This document shows, piece by piece, positions 17,068-26,374 of a DNA stretch of 64,000 nt. How positions within the stretch are numbered: the stretch's first letter is position 1; each line of letters starts with the position of its first letter. The notes under the pieces were generated by a model, which searched no databases, was not told the DNA's origin, and was given only the letters and a program-made list of their open reading frames with translations. Origin of the DNA: Candidatus Nanoarchaeia archaeon (lineage in GTDB: Archaea; Nanobdellota; Nanobdellia; Pacearchaeales; GW2011-AR1); NCBI GenBank assembly GCA_049288015.1, contig JBAQGX010000001.1, positions 18,717-82,716 of the forward strand, given 5' to 3'. The translations under genes and the position numbers were made by a program.

Positions 17068-18921
17068 TTATTCTAATATTGCTTTGATTCTTCTTATTCC
17101 TGCAGAGCTTGAGTCTTCTTTTAGAATTTTAAATTTTCCAAGTTCTTTTGTGTTTGATATATGTGGTCCAGTACAAATTTCTTTGCTGAAATATCCTTTT
17201 TTTTCTGAAGGATCAATTATTGTGTATACAGAAACTTCCTCAGGGTATTTGGCTCCGAATTCTCCTTCTGCACCAGATTTTAAGGCCTCTTTTAGGGGCA
17301 TTTCTTTTCTTGTAACTTTAAGATTATCTTTTATTTTTTTATTAATTAGCTCTTCTACCTTTCTTATTTCTTCATCTGTTAGTTTTCTATTGAAACTAAA
17401 ATCAAATCTTAGCCTTTCTGGTGTTATATTTGATCCTTTCTGATGTATTTCAGAATTATTCAAAATAATCTTAAGTGCGGCATTTAACATGTGAGTTGCA
17501 GTATGAAGTTTGGTTGTTTCTAACGAACTATCGGCTAGTCCAGACTTAAATTTACCAGCAGATGCTGTTCTAGATAAATTTTGATGCTTAGATTGTTTAT
17601 TGTAAAATTCATTTTTTATTTTTTCAGAATTGATTTTAATGTTTTTTTCCTTTAGCATCTCCAAAGTCATTTCTAGAGGGAAGCCGTAAGACTGGTAAAG
17701 TAAAAATGCATCATCTCCAGAAAATTCTTTTTTATTTTCAATTATTTCTTTTAGAATCTCAAGACCTTTGATTAATGTTCCATTAAATTTATTCTCTTCT
17801 TCAAATAAAATTTTCAGAATTTTATCCTTATTGTTTTTTAGTTCTTTATAATCCGAATATATCTTAAACACGGGTTCTGCAATCTTATTTGTGAAAAATC
17901 CTATACGATCTAACTTAATCTTCCTGCCATAAACTATTGCTCTTCTTATTAATCTCCTAAGAACATAGCCCTGTTCTTTATTTCCCGGGATTATTCCATC
18001 CGCAATTATGAAAACAGAAGCCTTAATATGATCTGCAATTATTCTCATTATCCTCATTTCTTCTTCAAGGGATAAATTTCCACCAAGACCTTTTGTAATT
18101 TTTAAGTCAGAATATTTCTCTTTACTTCTTGGATATTCTAATCCAGATAATTCTTCAATTCTACTTATTATTGGGATAAAACTATCTACTAGGTAATCAT
18201 CCTCAAATTCATTTAGGATTGTAATTGTTCTTTCTACTCCCATCCCCGTATCAACATTCTTTTGTTTTGCTATAGTAAATTTTTTTGAAGGCTCCTTTAT
18301 GTACTGCATAAAAACGTCGTTCCAAATTTCTACCCAGTTTTTATCTTTTGAATCAAATTTTCTTGGAATAGGTAAGGAATTTGACTTCCAATAAAATATT
18401 TCTGTGTCCGGGCCGCATGGACCAGTTTGACCTGCTGGGCCCCACCAATTATCACTTTTCCCTAGAAATGCAATTCGTTCTTCTGAGATTCCCATAGATT
18501 CCCAAATTTTTGCAGACTCTTCATCTTTTGGAGCATCTTTATCTCCCTTAAATACACTTACTGCAAGCCTTTCTTTTGGAATTTTAAGGACCTCTGTAAG
18601 AAATTCAAAACTAAATTCAATTGCCTCTTTTTTGAAATAATCCCCCAAACTCCAGTTTCCTAGCATTTCAAAAAGAGTATGGTGATATGTATCTCCGACT
18701 TCTTCTATGTCTTGGGTTCTTATACATCTTTGTACACTTACTAATCTTTTTCCTGACGGATGTTTTTGACCTAGTAGGTAAGGAACAAGAGGGTGCATTC
18801 CTGCAGTTGTGAAAAGAACAGTAGGATCGTTTTGAGGGATAAGACTTGCGTTTGGAATAACCTTATGGTTCTTTGACTTGAAAAAATTTAGGTATTTCTC
18901 AATGAGATCTTTTCTATTCAT
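17068..18921 (-). CDS. alaS: Alanyl-tRNA synthetase, bacterial-type catalytic core, short form (no C-Ala domain)
   Basis: 617 aa; FTTAGMHPLVPY, QRCIRTQDIEEVGDTYHHTLFEMLGNWSLGDYFK (bacterial AlaRS signature), editing-domain HTATH...CTGPH; about 250 aa shorter than canonical AlaRS. Confidence 0.85.
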   Translation of the reverse strand: MNRKDLIEKYLNFFKSKNHKVIPNASLIPQNDPTVLFTTAGMHPLVPYLLGQKHPSGKRLVSVQRCIRTQDIEEVGDTYHHTLFEMLGNWSLGDYFKKEAIEFSFEFLTEVLKIPKERLAVSVFKGDKDAPKDEESAKIWESMGISEERIAFLGKSDNWWGPAGQTGPCGPDTEIFYWKSNSLPIPRKFDSKDKNWVEIWNDVFMQYIKEPSKKFTIAKQKNVDTGMGVERTITILNEFEDDYLVDSFIPIISRIEELSGLEYPRSKEKYSDLKITKGLGGNLSLEEEMRIMRIIADHIKASVFIIADGIIPGNKEQGYVLRRLIRRAIVYGRKIKLDRIGFFTNKIAEPVFKIYSDYKELKNNKDKILKILFEEENKFNGTLIKGLEILKEIIENKKEFSGDDAFLLYQSYGFPLEMTLEMLKEKNIKINSEKIKNEFYNKQSKHQNLSRTASAGKFKSGLADSSLETTKLHTATHMLNAALKIILNNSEIHQKGSNITPERLRFDFSFNRKLTDEEIRKVEELINKKIKDNLKVTRKEMPLKEALKSGAEGEFGAKYPEEVSVYTIIDPSEKKGYFSKEICTGPHISNTKELGKFKILKEDSSSAGIRRIKAILE

Positions 18922-18957
18922 ACTATACCTTTAGAATTATTATTTATAATTATTTTG

Positions 18958-19311
18958 TTAATATGAGAGAGATTTTAGCTTTCTTTGGATTTCTCTCAAC
19001 TGAGATTCTAAATCTCCACTGACCCTATTCGTAGAATTTTCCTCTTCATTTTCCTGCGGACGTTTTAAGATTTTTGGAATTCTAACTTCAGGGAGATCTG
19101 CTTCCAATAATTTTACATTCATTGCTATTTTTTTAACTTCCTTATAGAAGCTTGATTTCATTTTCAATTCTAAGTCTCTTAGTAGCAAAAATCTTTTAAT
19201 TGACTTTATTATATTTATTATATCTATTTCCGAAGCAAGAATATCTTTTTTGGATTGAAGAGCTTCTTCATAACTAAGTTTTACGTGTATAAAATTGTCT
19301 CCTTTGTCCAT
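18958..19311 (-). CDS. Hypothetical protein (helical, coiled-coil C-terminus)
   Basis: 117 aa, no recognisable motif; directly downstream (2-nt spacing) of 19313..19936, likely co-transcribed. Confidence 0.4.
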   Translation of the reverse strand: MDKGDNFIHVKLSYEEALQSKKDILASEIDIINIIKSIKRFLLLRDLELKMKSSFYKEVKKIAMNVKLLEADLPEVRIPKILKRPQENEEENSTNRVSGDLESQLREIQRKLKSLSY

Positions 19312-19312
19312 A

Positions 19313-19936
19313 TTAATCTATCTTAGAAAAAATATCCTTATCTATTTTGTCAATTTGACCTTTCATAGTCTGTAATCTTTGCTGCCACATTTCTAACTCC
19401 TTGTCTTCTTCTTCTTTGGTGTGTTTTATATCTTCCAAAATTTTTTCAACGCCAAGTAATTGTTTTTTTATCTTGTTGAACAAATCCATATTTTCCTCAA
19501 ATTTGTCAATTCTAACAAATATTGGTTCTGATTTTTCTTGAGGTCTTTGCATTGAATACTCTGTCCTACTTGGTTTTGTCATCACTGATGGCTTCAGGGA
19601 GGTTGGTACCTTAATTCCTTCAGAAGATTCGTCCATCTCTGGAGTCATTTCTTTTGACATTGGGATGCTGGGGAGTTTTGGCATCGTCTGAATTTCTTCT
19701 TCAGATTCATCTGTCTCTTCATCCTCTTTTTCCCCAGAAATTGCATCTTTAATTGTATCTTGTGAGAATTTATTTCCTAGACTACTTGAAGGAAATCTTG
19801 GTAGAATATTTGGCTTAAATTGTAAATTTGTAGAACTGCCTAATGGCAAGTCAGGAAGTTTTGGTAATGGTGGAAGTTCAGGAAGACTGGCAGTTACTGG
19901 AATTTCCTCTTTTTTTTTCTTATTAAACAATCCCAT
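19313..19936 (-). CDS. Hypothetical protein: Pro-rich/acidic N-terminal region and C-terminal coiled coil
   Basis: Start moved to internal MGLFNKKKK (ATG at 19936) because the longer ORF overlaps the divergent tfe gene; PELPPLPKLPDLP repeats, acidic stretch, C-terminal heptad-like region. Confidence 0.4.
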   Translation of the reverse strand: MGLFNKKKKEEIPVTASLPELPPLPKLPDLPLGSSTNLQFKPNILPRFPSSSLGNKFSQDTIKDAISGEKEDEETDESEEEIQTMPKLPSIPMSKEMTPEMDESSEGIKVPTSLKPSVMTKPSRTEYSMQRPQEKSEPIFVRIDKFEENMDLFNKIKKQLLGVEKILEDIKHTKEEEDKELEMWQQRLQTMKGQIDKIDKDIFSKID

Positions 19937-20042
19937 ATTAGTTGTATGTTTTAATATATTTAACAGAATATATAGGTTTAAAAACTTTTCATTATTTTCT
20001 TTAAAACAAAAGATATTTATTTGGACTTTTACATAAAAAAAT

Positions 20043-20738
20043 ATGGATAAAAAATTAATTAAGGAAGTTTTTGCGGAAGTTGCTGGTAAATCTTCTGAGT
20101 TGCTTGTGGATTTTCTTGATGATAAAAAATACATGAACGAATTTCTGATTGCAAAGAAGTTAGACTTGCCAATAAATCAAGGGAGAAATGTTTTGTATAA
20201 ATTATCGGAACATGGATTAGTTTCTTCTACAAGAAAAAAAGATAAAAAGAAAGGATGGTATACTTACTCTTGGAAGATTGAAGAGCTTAGATGCCTTGAG
20301 TTCTTGAGAAATTTGTTGTTAAAAAAGATTGAACAGATTAAAAATCAAATTAAAAATAGAGAAACGAGAGAATTTTATGTTTGTGAAAATTGTCATGTTG
20401 AATTTAATGAGGAAAACGCACTGATTCATGATTTTACTTGCCCTGAATGTGGAAGAATTTTAGAAAGAAAGGATAATACTAAATTATTAAGAGAGTTTCA
20501 TAAGAATTTAGAAAATTTTGAATCTGTCTTGAAAAATATTGAGGAAGAAATTTCTAAAGAGCAATTTGTAGAAGCTAAGAAAATAAAAGTTAAGGATGCT
20601 GCATTGAAAAGAGCAAAGGCAAAAGAAAGAGCTGCTGCAAGGGAAAAGTCCAAGAAACTTTCTAAGAAAGAGCTCAAGCCTAAAAAGCCATTAACTAAAA
20701 AGGTAACTAAGAAAGTTGCCAAAAAAACGAAGAAGTAA
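20043..20738 (+). CDS. tfe: Transcription factor E (TFE-alpha/TFIIE-alpha homolog) with lysine-rich C-terminal tail
   Basis: 231 aa; N-terminal winged helix, Zn ribbon CENC...CPEC, then an about 55-aa K/A-rich tail (AKKIKVKDAALKRAKAKERAAAREKSKK...KKTKK). Confidence 0.75.
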   Translation: MDKKLIKEVFAEVAGKSSELLVDFLDDKKYMNEFLIAKKLDLPINQGRNVLYKLSEHGLVSSTRKKDKKKGWYTYSWKIEELRCLEFLRNLLLKKIEQIKNQIKNRETREFYVCENCHVEFNEENALIHDFTCPECGRILERKDNTKLLREFHKNLENFESVLKNIEEEISKEQFVEAKKIKVKDAALKRAKAKERAAAREKSKKLSKKELKPKKPLTKKVTKKVAKKTKK

Positions 20739-20740
20739 TA

Positions 20741-21577
20741 ATGGATTATAGATTGGTTTCTAGAAGAAATAAGTTTCATCTTAGTGTTAATACAATACTT
20801 ATACTGATTAATGTATTAATGTTTATAGTTTTGTCAATATTAATATCTATTAATCCAAATTTGTTGGTTTATTTTTCCCTTAATCCTTCTAGTATTTTAC
20901 ATGGACAATATCTATGGACTCTTTTAACTAGTATGTTTTCACATGTATACTTCTGGCATCTTGCTTTTAATATGATCTCTCTGTTTTTTGTTGGGATATT
21001 GGTCGAGAAGATTATTGGTCCTAAAAGGTATATATTTTTTTACCTTGCATCTGGGTTGTTTGCTGGACTTGTTTTTGTGCTTCTCGCAGGATTTCTTGGT
21101 ACTAGTGTAATTGGCGCAAAATTATTTGGTAGTCCAGATATAGCAGGCATTGGGGCATCCGGTGCGATATTTGGTTTGGTAGGATTGCTTGCCGTTTTAA
21201 CTCCTAAGAACAGGGTATATCTAATTGCAGGACCACTCATTGCAATAATACTTGAATCTGTTCTGGCTAGTTTTTTATCTCCTTCATTATTAGCATCATT
21301 GGATCTAATTATTACAGTTTATGTGTTCTTTTCGATATTTGCAATGTTTTCTTTCAATAAATCTCTTAGAAAAGCAGTTATTCCGATAGACATGCCTTTC
21401 TGGATTTTGCCTATTGTAACAATTGTGCCTCTATTTATTATAGGATTATTTGTTCCATTACCTATAGCAAATTCTGCGCACCTTGGAGGGTTATTATTTG
21501 GTTTAGCTTACGGTTTATACTTAAAGAATAAGTTCCCAAATAAAACTCAGATGATCTCTCGAGTTTTTTCAAGATAA
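20741..21577 (+). CDS. Rhomboid-family intramembrane serine protease
   Basis: 278 aa polytopic; GASGAIFGL (GxSG catalytic Ser) and AHLGGLLFG (catalytic His) in TM helices. Confidence 0.8.
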   Translation: MDYRLVSRRNKFHLSVNTILILINVLMFIVLSILISINPNLLVYFSLNPSSILHGQYLWTLLTSMFSHVYFWHLAFNMISLFFVGILVEKIIGPKRYIFFYLASGLFAGLVFVLLAGFLGTSVIGAKLFGSPDIAGIGASGAIFGLVGLLAVLTPKNRVYLIAGPLIAIILESVLASFLSPSLLASLDLIITVYVFFSIFAMFSFNKSLRKAVIPIDMPFWILPIVTIVPLFIIGLFVPLPIANSAHLGGLLFGLAYGLYLKNKFPNKTQMISRVFSR

Positions 21578-21578
21578 T

Positions 21579-22184
21579 ATGCCAAAAAAAGTTGTACAAA
21601 AAAAGAGATTTTCTTTAAGAAAAGAATATATCAAAAGTTGGAATTATATTAAAGATTCTAAGAAATTTATATTTATTATTATTGGGTTATTCTTTTTATT
21701 TGCTTTTATTGGTTTTTTTATTCCTGCACCAAATTATATTTCGCAGCAAATTTTGATTTATATTCAAAGTCTTGTTTCGCAGACTTCAAGTATGTCTTCA
21801 TTTAAGCTAATTTCATTTATTTTTTTTAATAACATTCAGAGTAGCCTTCTTGGGCTTATACTCGGGGTCTTCTTTGGTATCTTTCCTGTATTTGTTGCTT
21901 TAGTTAATGGTTATCTGCTTGGTTTTGTTGCAAATGGTAGCGTCAAAGCCAATGGAATCATTATCTTATGGAAATTGTTTCCTCATGGAATATTTGAGTT
22001 GCCTGCAGTTTTTATCTCTCTTGGGCTGGGGATGAAATTGGGAAGTTTATTACTTAGTAAAGAAAAAAATGTGTTTAAGGACAATTTCATTAATGCTTTA
22101 AGAGTATTTTTATTAGTTGTTCTTCCTTTACTTGTTATTGCAGCAATTATAGAAGGAAGTCTTATCGTTATCCTTAATCATTAA
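21579..22184 (+). CDS. SpoIIM/DUF95-like membrane protein
   Basis: 201 aa; FFNNIQSSLLG...NGYLLG and LFPHGIFELPAV motifs resemble the DUF95/SpoIIM family. Confidence 0.45.
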   Translation: MPKKVVQKKRFSLRKEYIKSWNYIKDSKKFIFIIIGLFFLFAFIGFFIPAPNYISQQILIYIQSLVSQTSSMSSFKLISFIFFNNIQSSLLGLILGVFFGIFPVFVALVNGYLLGFVANGSVKANGIIILWKLFPHGIFELPAVFISLGLGMKLGSLLLSKEKNVFKDNFINALRVFLLVVLPLLVIAAIIEGSLIVILNH

Positions 22185-22532
22185 TTAATCTCTTATAAGA
22201 ACTTTGCATTTTGATCTTTTTGCTTTAAAAAAATTCTTTGAGAATTTTTCTGCATCCTTCTCTTTAAAATCTTTGCAACTAAAAATATCTATAAATGCAC
22301 GATTTTCGGTTTCATCAAAGTGTAAGGTTATAGAAGAAGTTTCTATGAATTGCATTGCAGAGTACCCTTTGAGGTTTCCCTCCGCAAATCTTTTTATTGT
22401 TGCAAGTCCAAACCGCTTTACCTTTATAATATTGCACAATTTTATAATATAATTATTTATTTTTCCTTTATTTTTTATTAATTCTGAATTGCAATCATAA
22501 AGGTTTATTGATGCTAATTTCCCCCAAAACAT
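22185..22532 (-). CDS. speH: Pyruvoyl-dependent S-adenosylmethionine decarboxylase proenzyme family (SpeH-like)
   Basis: 115 aa; GYSAMQFIETSSITLHFDE matches the self-cleavage region (cleavage before the Ser giving pyruvoyl) of class 1 AdoMetDC/arginine decarboxylase-like enzymes. Confidence 0.7.
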   Translation of the reverse strand: MFWGKLASINLYDCNSELIKNKGKINNYIIKLCNIIKVKRFGLATIKRFAEGNLKGYSAMQFIETSSITLHFDETENRAFIDIFSCKDFKEKDAEKFSKNFFKAKRSKCKVLIRD

Positions 22533-22591
22533 TACGAACTGTTGCGTAAATAACTTTTTAAATCTATTTCATTATTTTAGAGGAGATTAAG

Positions 22592-23515
22592 ATGAAAAAG
22601 GTAGAACCTCTGAAAATTACCGAAAGAATGAATATATCACAGCTAGTCGGGCAGATGGAAAATGTAGGTTTTGGTGCAGGAAAGATAAGTAAGGCTTCAC
22701 AAATAATGGAAAAAATGTTTTTAGATTCTAAGTGTAAAGTTTTTATGGGATTGGCTGGAGCAATGGTTCCAGCAGGGATGAAATTTGTAATTTTAGATAT
22801 GCTTGATAATGTTAATGTTCTTGTTGTTACGGGAGCTACTTTGACTCACGATTTAATTGAAGCATTAGGAGATGAGCATTATCTTATTGAGGAACCATTT
22901 GATGATTCTAGTCTTAATAAAAAAGGATTGGATAGAATGTACAATGTCGTTATGAAAAATAAGGTTTATGAAAAACTTGAGAATTTCTTTATTGCTAATT
23001 GGGAAAAATTCAAATCTTGTAAGAGTATAAAAGAATTGATTTGGAAAATAGGAGAACTTTGTCCAGGAACTACTGAAAATTGTATTTTAAAAAAATGTTA
23101 TGATCGAAAAATCCCTATTTTTTGCCCAGCTTTGGCAGATTCTGGAATAGGATTAATGATTTGGGGGAGAAAAGCTAGTGGTAAAGAAATATTGATTGAT
23201 GCCTTTGAAGACATGAATGATATAATTGATCTTGCCTGGACCTCAACCAAGACAGGAATTATTTATGTTGGTGGGGGGGTTCCGAAAAACTTTATTCAAC
23301 AATCATTGCAATTTTCTAAGGGTGCAGATTATGGAATTCAAATTACGACAGATTCTACTGAACCAGGAGGCAGTAGCGGAGCTCCTTTGAAAGAGGGAAT
23401 TTCTTGGGGTAAAATGAAAAAGAAAGCGGATTTTGTAGATGTAAGATGTGATGCAACAATTGCATTACCTTTAATTTTTGGAGCTATCAAAGATAAAGCA
23501 AGAAATCTTAAATAG
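22592..23515 (+). CDS. dys: Deoxyhypusine synthase
   Basis: 307 aa; IPIFCPALADSGIGLMIW, GGGVPKNF, ADYGIQITTDSTEPGGSSGAPLKEGISWGK align closely with eukaryotic/archaeal DHS. Confidence 0.85.
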   Translation: MKKVEPLKITERMNISQLVGQMENVGFGAGKISKASQIMEKMFLDSKCKVFMGLAGAMVPAGMKFVILDMLDNVNVLVVTGATLTHDLIEALGDEHYLIEEPFDDSSLNKKGLDRMYNVVMKNKVYEKLENFFIANWEKFKSCKSIKELIWKIGELCPGTTENCILKKCYDRKIPIFCPALADSGIGLMIWGRKASGKEILIDAFEDMNDIIDLAWTSTKTGIIYVGGGVPKNFIQQSLQFSKGADYGIQITTDSTEPGGSSGAPLKEGISWGKMKKKADFVDVRCDATIALPLIFGAIKDKARNLK

Positions 23516-23533
23516 AATCCACCTATCTACTTT

Positions 23534-24583
23534 ATGCTGACTAAAAAACAAGTTAATGAAATCAGAGATTTACTCAACAATTCTAATAATCCTTTATTCT
23601 TATTTGATAACGATCCTGATGGATTATGTAGCTTTCTGTTATTACAAAAATATACAAAAAGAGGAAAAGGCTTTCCAGTTAGATCTTTTCCAGATTTGAA
23701 TGAAACTTATTTTAGAAAAATAACTGAGTTAAATCCTGATTGTTTATTTATTCTTGATAAACCATTAGTCTCTGAAAGTTTCTTTAAGAGAATAGAAGAA
23801 ATAAATCTCCCTGTTGTGTGGATTGATCATCACAAAGTAGATAAAAAACAAATCCCAAAATTTGTAAACTATTATAATCCTTTATTCAATAAAAATAAAT
23901 CTGAAGAACCGGTTACTACTCTTTGCTATCAAGTTAATAATAATAAAGATTTGGTATGGCTTGCAGTTGTTGGAAGTATATCGGATAGATTCTTTCCAAA
24001 GTTCTACAAAGAATTCAAAAGTAAGTATCCAGATTTGGCTGTAAATTCTAAGGAAGCTTTTGAGATATTTTATAATTCGCAGATTGGAAAAATTGCAAGA
24101 ATTTTTAGTTTTGCTTTAAAGGATAGTACAACTAATGTGATAAGCATGATTAAATTTCTAATAAAGACAAATACTCCTTATGAAGTTCTTGAGGATTCTT
24201 CTCTTAATCATATGATGCATAAGAGATTTGAACAAATAGATTCAAAATATCAGAGATTAATTAAAAAAGCAGTCAAGATTGGTGAGAATTCAGATAACAT
24301 TTTGTTTTTTCAATACGCAGGAGAGTTAAGTATAAGCTCTGACATTTCAAATGAATTGAGTTATAGGTTTCCCAAAAAAGTTATAGTTGTTGCATATATC
24401 TCGGGGCTTAAGGCAAATATCTCTGTTAGAGGTAATAACATAAGAGAAAAAGTTATGAAGTCTATAAGTATGTTAAATGGAGCAACAGGGGGAGGACATG
24501 AAAATGCAGTGGGGGCTCAAGTTAGGGTAGATGACTTAAAAACGTTCAGAAAGACTTTTGAAAATTTAGTTGAAAAAAACTAA
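23534..24583 (+). CDS. DHH/DHHA1-family phosphoesterase (NrnA/RecJ-like)
   Basis: 349 aa; DNDPDG (motif I), WIDHHK (DHH), C-terminal GGGHENAVGAQ (DHHA1 GGGH). Confidence 0.75.
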   Translation: MLTKKQVNEIRDLLNNSNNPLFLFDNDPDGLCSFLLLQKYTKRGKGFPVRSFPDLNETYFRKITELNPDCLFILDKPLVSESFFKRIEEINLPVVWIDHHKVDKKQIPKFVNYYNPLFNKNKSEEPVTTLCYQVNNNKDLVWLAVVGSISDRFFPKFYKEFKSKYPDLAVNSKEAFEIFYNSQIGKIARIFSFALKDSTTNVISMIKFLIKTNTPYEVLEDSSLNHMMHKRFEQIDSKYQRLIKKAVKIGENSDNILFFQYAGELSISSDISNELSYRFPKKVIVVAYISGLKANISVRGNNIREKVMKSISMLNGATGGGHENAVGAQVRVDDLKTFRKTFENLVEKN

Positions 24584-24936
24584 AGAAATATTTAAAAATA
24601 GGGGTTACTTGAATTATCTATGAATGAACTAAGATTCAGGCTCAATTGCATGATGTCTATCTTAGTTTATACTACAGTTAAACACTCAATTTAATCCAAA
24701 CGATTTTCTTCGGGTCTGGATTGGATTGGGATTATTCTTAATTAATTCAGACTTGGGGATTTCTAAGGACTTTAAAATGAATTTAGAAAAACACAAGATG
24801 GAAAAAGAAATGGTAGAAGAAGAGTTGAGCTCCTTATTGGAGATAACCTTTAGACTAGAAGATGAGGTTAACTCTTTTTTGCAAAAAAGTACTGAATAAC
24901 AGAACAATTTGGACTCAAAATTTGTTCCTCTAGATA

Positions 24937-26373
24937 TTAATAGCTTCTACCAAAATAAGTCCAATATTTTGCGGGTTTTCCGCAATGTACACATTCTCCA
25001 GAGATTTTTTCTTGATCAAACGGAATAACTCTTGAACCAGCTCCTTTTGTTTGGTCTTTGATTTCTTCTTCGCAATCTTTATCTCCACAGAATTTTGCAA
25101 GAACCAACTTCTTGTTTTTTACCTCTTTAGTAAATTGATTCCAGGTATTAACTTTAATTATTTGAGAATCTAGAAACTTCTTTGCCCTTTCAAACATAGA
25201 GCTCTGAATATCTTCAATTATTTTTTTTGTTTCACCTTTGATCTTATTTATTTTTATGAACTCTTTTTTCCCGTTATCTCTTCTTACTAAAACAACTTGC
25301 TCCTTTTCTAAATCTTTTGGACCAATTTCTAATCTAATTGGTACACCTTTTAGCTCGTACTCAGAATATTTCCAGCCCGGAGAGTATTCTTCTCTTTCAT
25401 CTATTGTTACTTCAAATTCTTTATTTAATTCTTTATAGATCTCTCTTGCTTTTTTTAGAACTTTTTCTTTTTCCGAAGAAACTATTGGAATTATTACAAT
25501 CTGTGTTGGTGCTACGTTTGGAGGAAGAACCAGCCCTTTATTATCTGAATGTGCCATTACTAAAGCACCTATAAGTCTTGTTGAAAATCCCCATGAAGAC
25601 TGCCAAGGAAGAGCTTTTTTTCCATTCTTATCAAGGTAAGAGATTCCAAAGCTTTTTGCAAATCCTTGACCAAGATTATGAGAAGTACCACATTGAAGGG
25701 CTTTTCCCTCTAGAGTAAAACTTTCTATTGTGGTAGTATATTTTGCTCCTGCGAATTTTTCTTTATCTGTTTTTTTGCCCTTTATTAAAGGAATAGCCAA
25801 AAGATTGTTGCAAAGCTTTTCATATTCGTTTAGGAACAGAACTACTTCTTTATCACATTCAGATTCTGTTTCATAAACACAGTGACCTTCCTGCCACAAG
25901 AACTCCCTGCTTCTTAAGAATAATTTGCATTGCGACACTTCCCATCTTACAACATTACACCACTGGTTTATTCTCAATGGAAGATCTCTCCAGCTTCTTA
26001 TCCATCTTGAATATGCATCATATATTATTGTTTCTGATGTGGGTCTTAATGCAATTCTTTCTTCAGAATCTGTTTTTTCAAGCCAAGCAACTTCTGCCTC
26101 AAATCCTTTTGCATGCTCTGATTCTTTTTTGAAAAATGATTCTGGTATAAACATAGGAAAATAAGCATTTGAGACATTTTTTTGCTTTAATACTTTGTTA
26201 AAATAATCCTGAATCTTCTGCCAAATAGCATATCCATATGGCTTGATTATCATTGTCCCTTTCACGGGACCGTATTCTGCCAGTCCTGATTTGAGACAAA
26301 CTTGTGTATACCATTCTGGCATATCTTCTTCTTTTTTTATTGTTATTCCTTCTTCCGATTTCTTATTTTCCAT
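24937..26373 (-). CDS. proS: Prolyl-tRNA synthetase (archaeal/eukaryotic type)
   Basis: 478 aa; class II motifs, C-terminal Zn-binding CVHCG and terminal ...FGRSY characteristic of archaeal-type ProRS. Confidence 0.9.
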   Translation of the reverse strand: MENKKSEEGITIKKEEDMPEWYTQVCLKSGLAEYGPVKGTMIIKPYGYAIWQKIQDYFNKVLKQKNVSNAYFPMFIPESFFKKESEHAKGFEAEVAWLEKTDSEERIALRPTSETIIYDAYSRWIRSWRDLPLRINQWCNVVRWEVSQCKLFLRSREFLWQEGHCVYETESECDKEVVLFLNEYEKLCNNLLAIPLIKGKKTDKEKFAGAKYTTTIESFTLEGKALQCGTSHNLGQGFAKSFGISYLDKNGKKALPWQSSWGFSTRLIGALVMAHSDNKGLVLPPNVAPTQIVIIPIVSSEKEKVLKKAREIYKELNKEFEVTIDEREEYSPGWKYSEYELKGVPIRLEIGPKDLEKEQVVLVRRDNGKKEFIKINKIKGETKKIIEDIQSSMFERAKKFLDSQIIKVNTWNQFTKEVKNKKLVLAKFCGDKDCEEEIKDQTKGAGSRVIPFDQEKISGECVHCGKPAKYWTYFGRSY

Positions 26374-26374
26374 T

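Noticed and set aside
17057-17443. 128-aa plus-strand ORF
   Set aside because: Antisense within the alaS CDS; low-complexity S/F-rich translation.
19937-20134. N-terminal 66 codons of the track ORF 19313..20134
   Set aside because: Would overlap the start of the divergent tfe gene and its promoter; internal ATG at 19936 gives a sensible product, so the shorter model is preferred (uncertain).
24686-24907. 73-aa minus-strand ORF in the proS/DHH spacer
   Set aside because: Low-complexity S/L-rich product, no SD or promoter; overlaps an equally weak plus-strand mini-ORF; kept only as a note within the intergenic finding.
24584-24936. Possible box C/D sRNA (ATGAATGA ... TCAG elements)
   Set aside because: Box C (RUGAUGA) and box D (CUGA) matches are imperfect and not paired with terminal stem or K-turn geometry; insufficient evidence.
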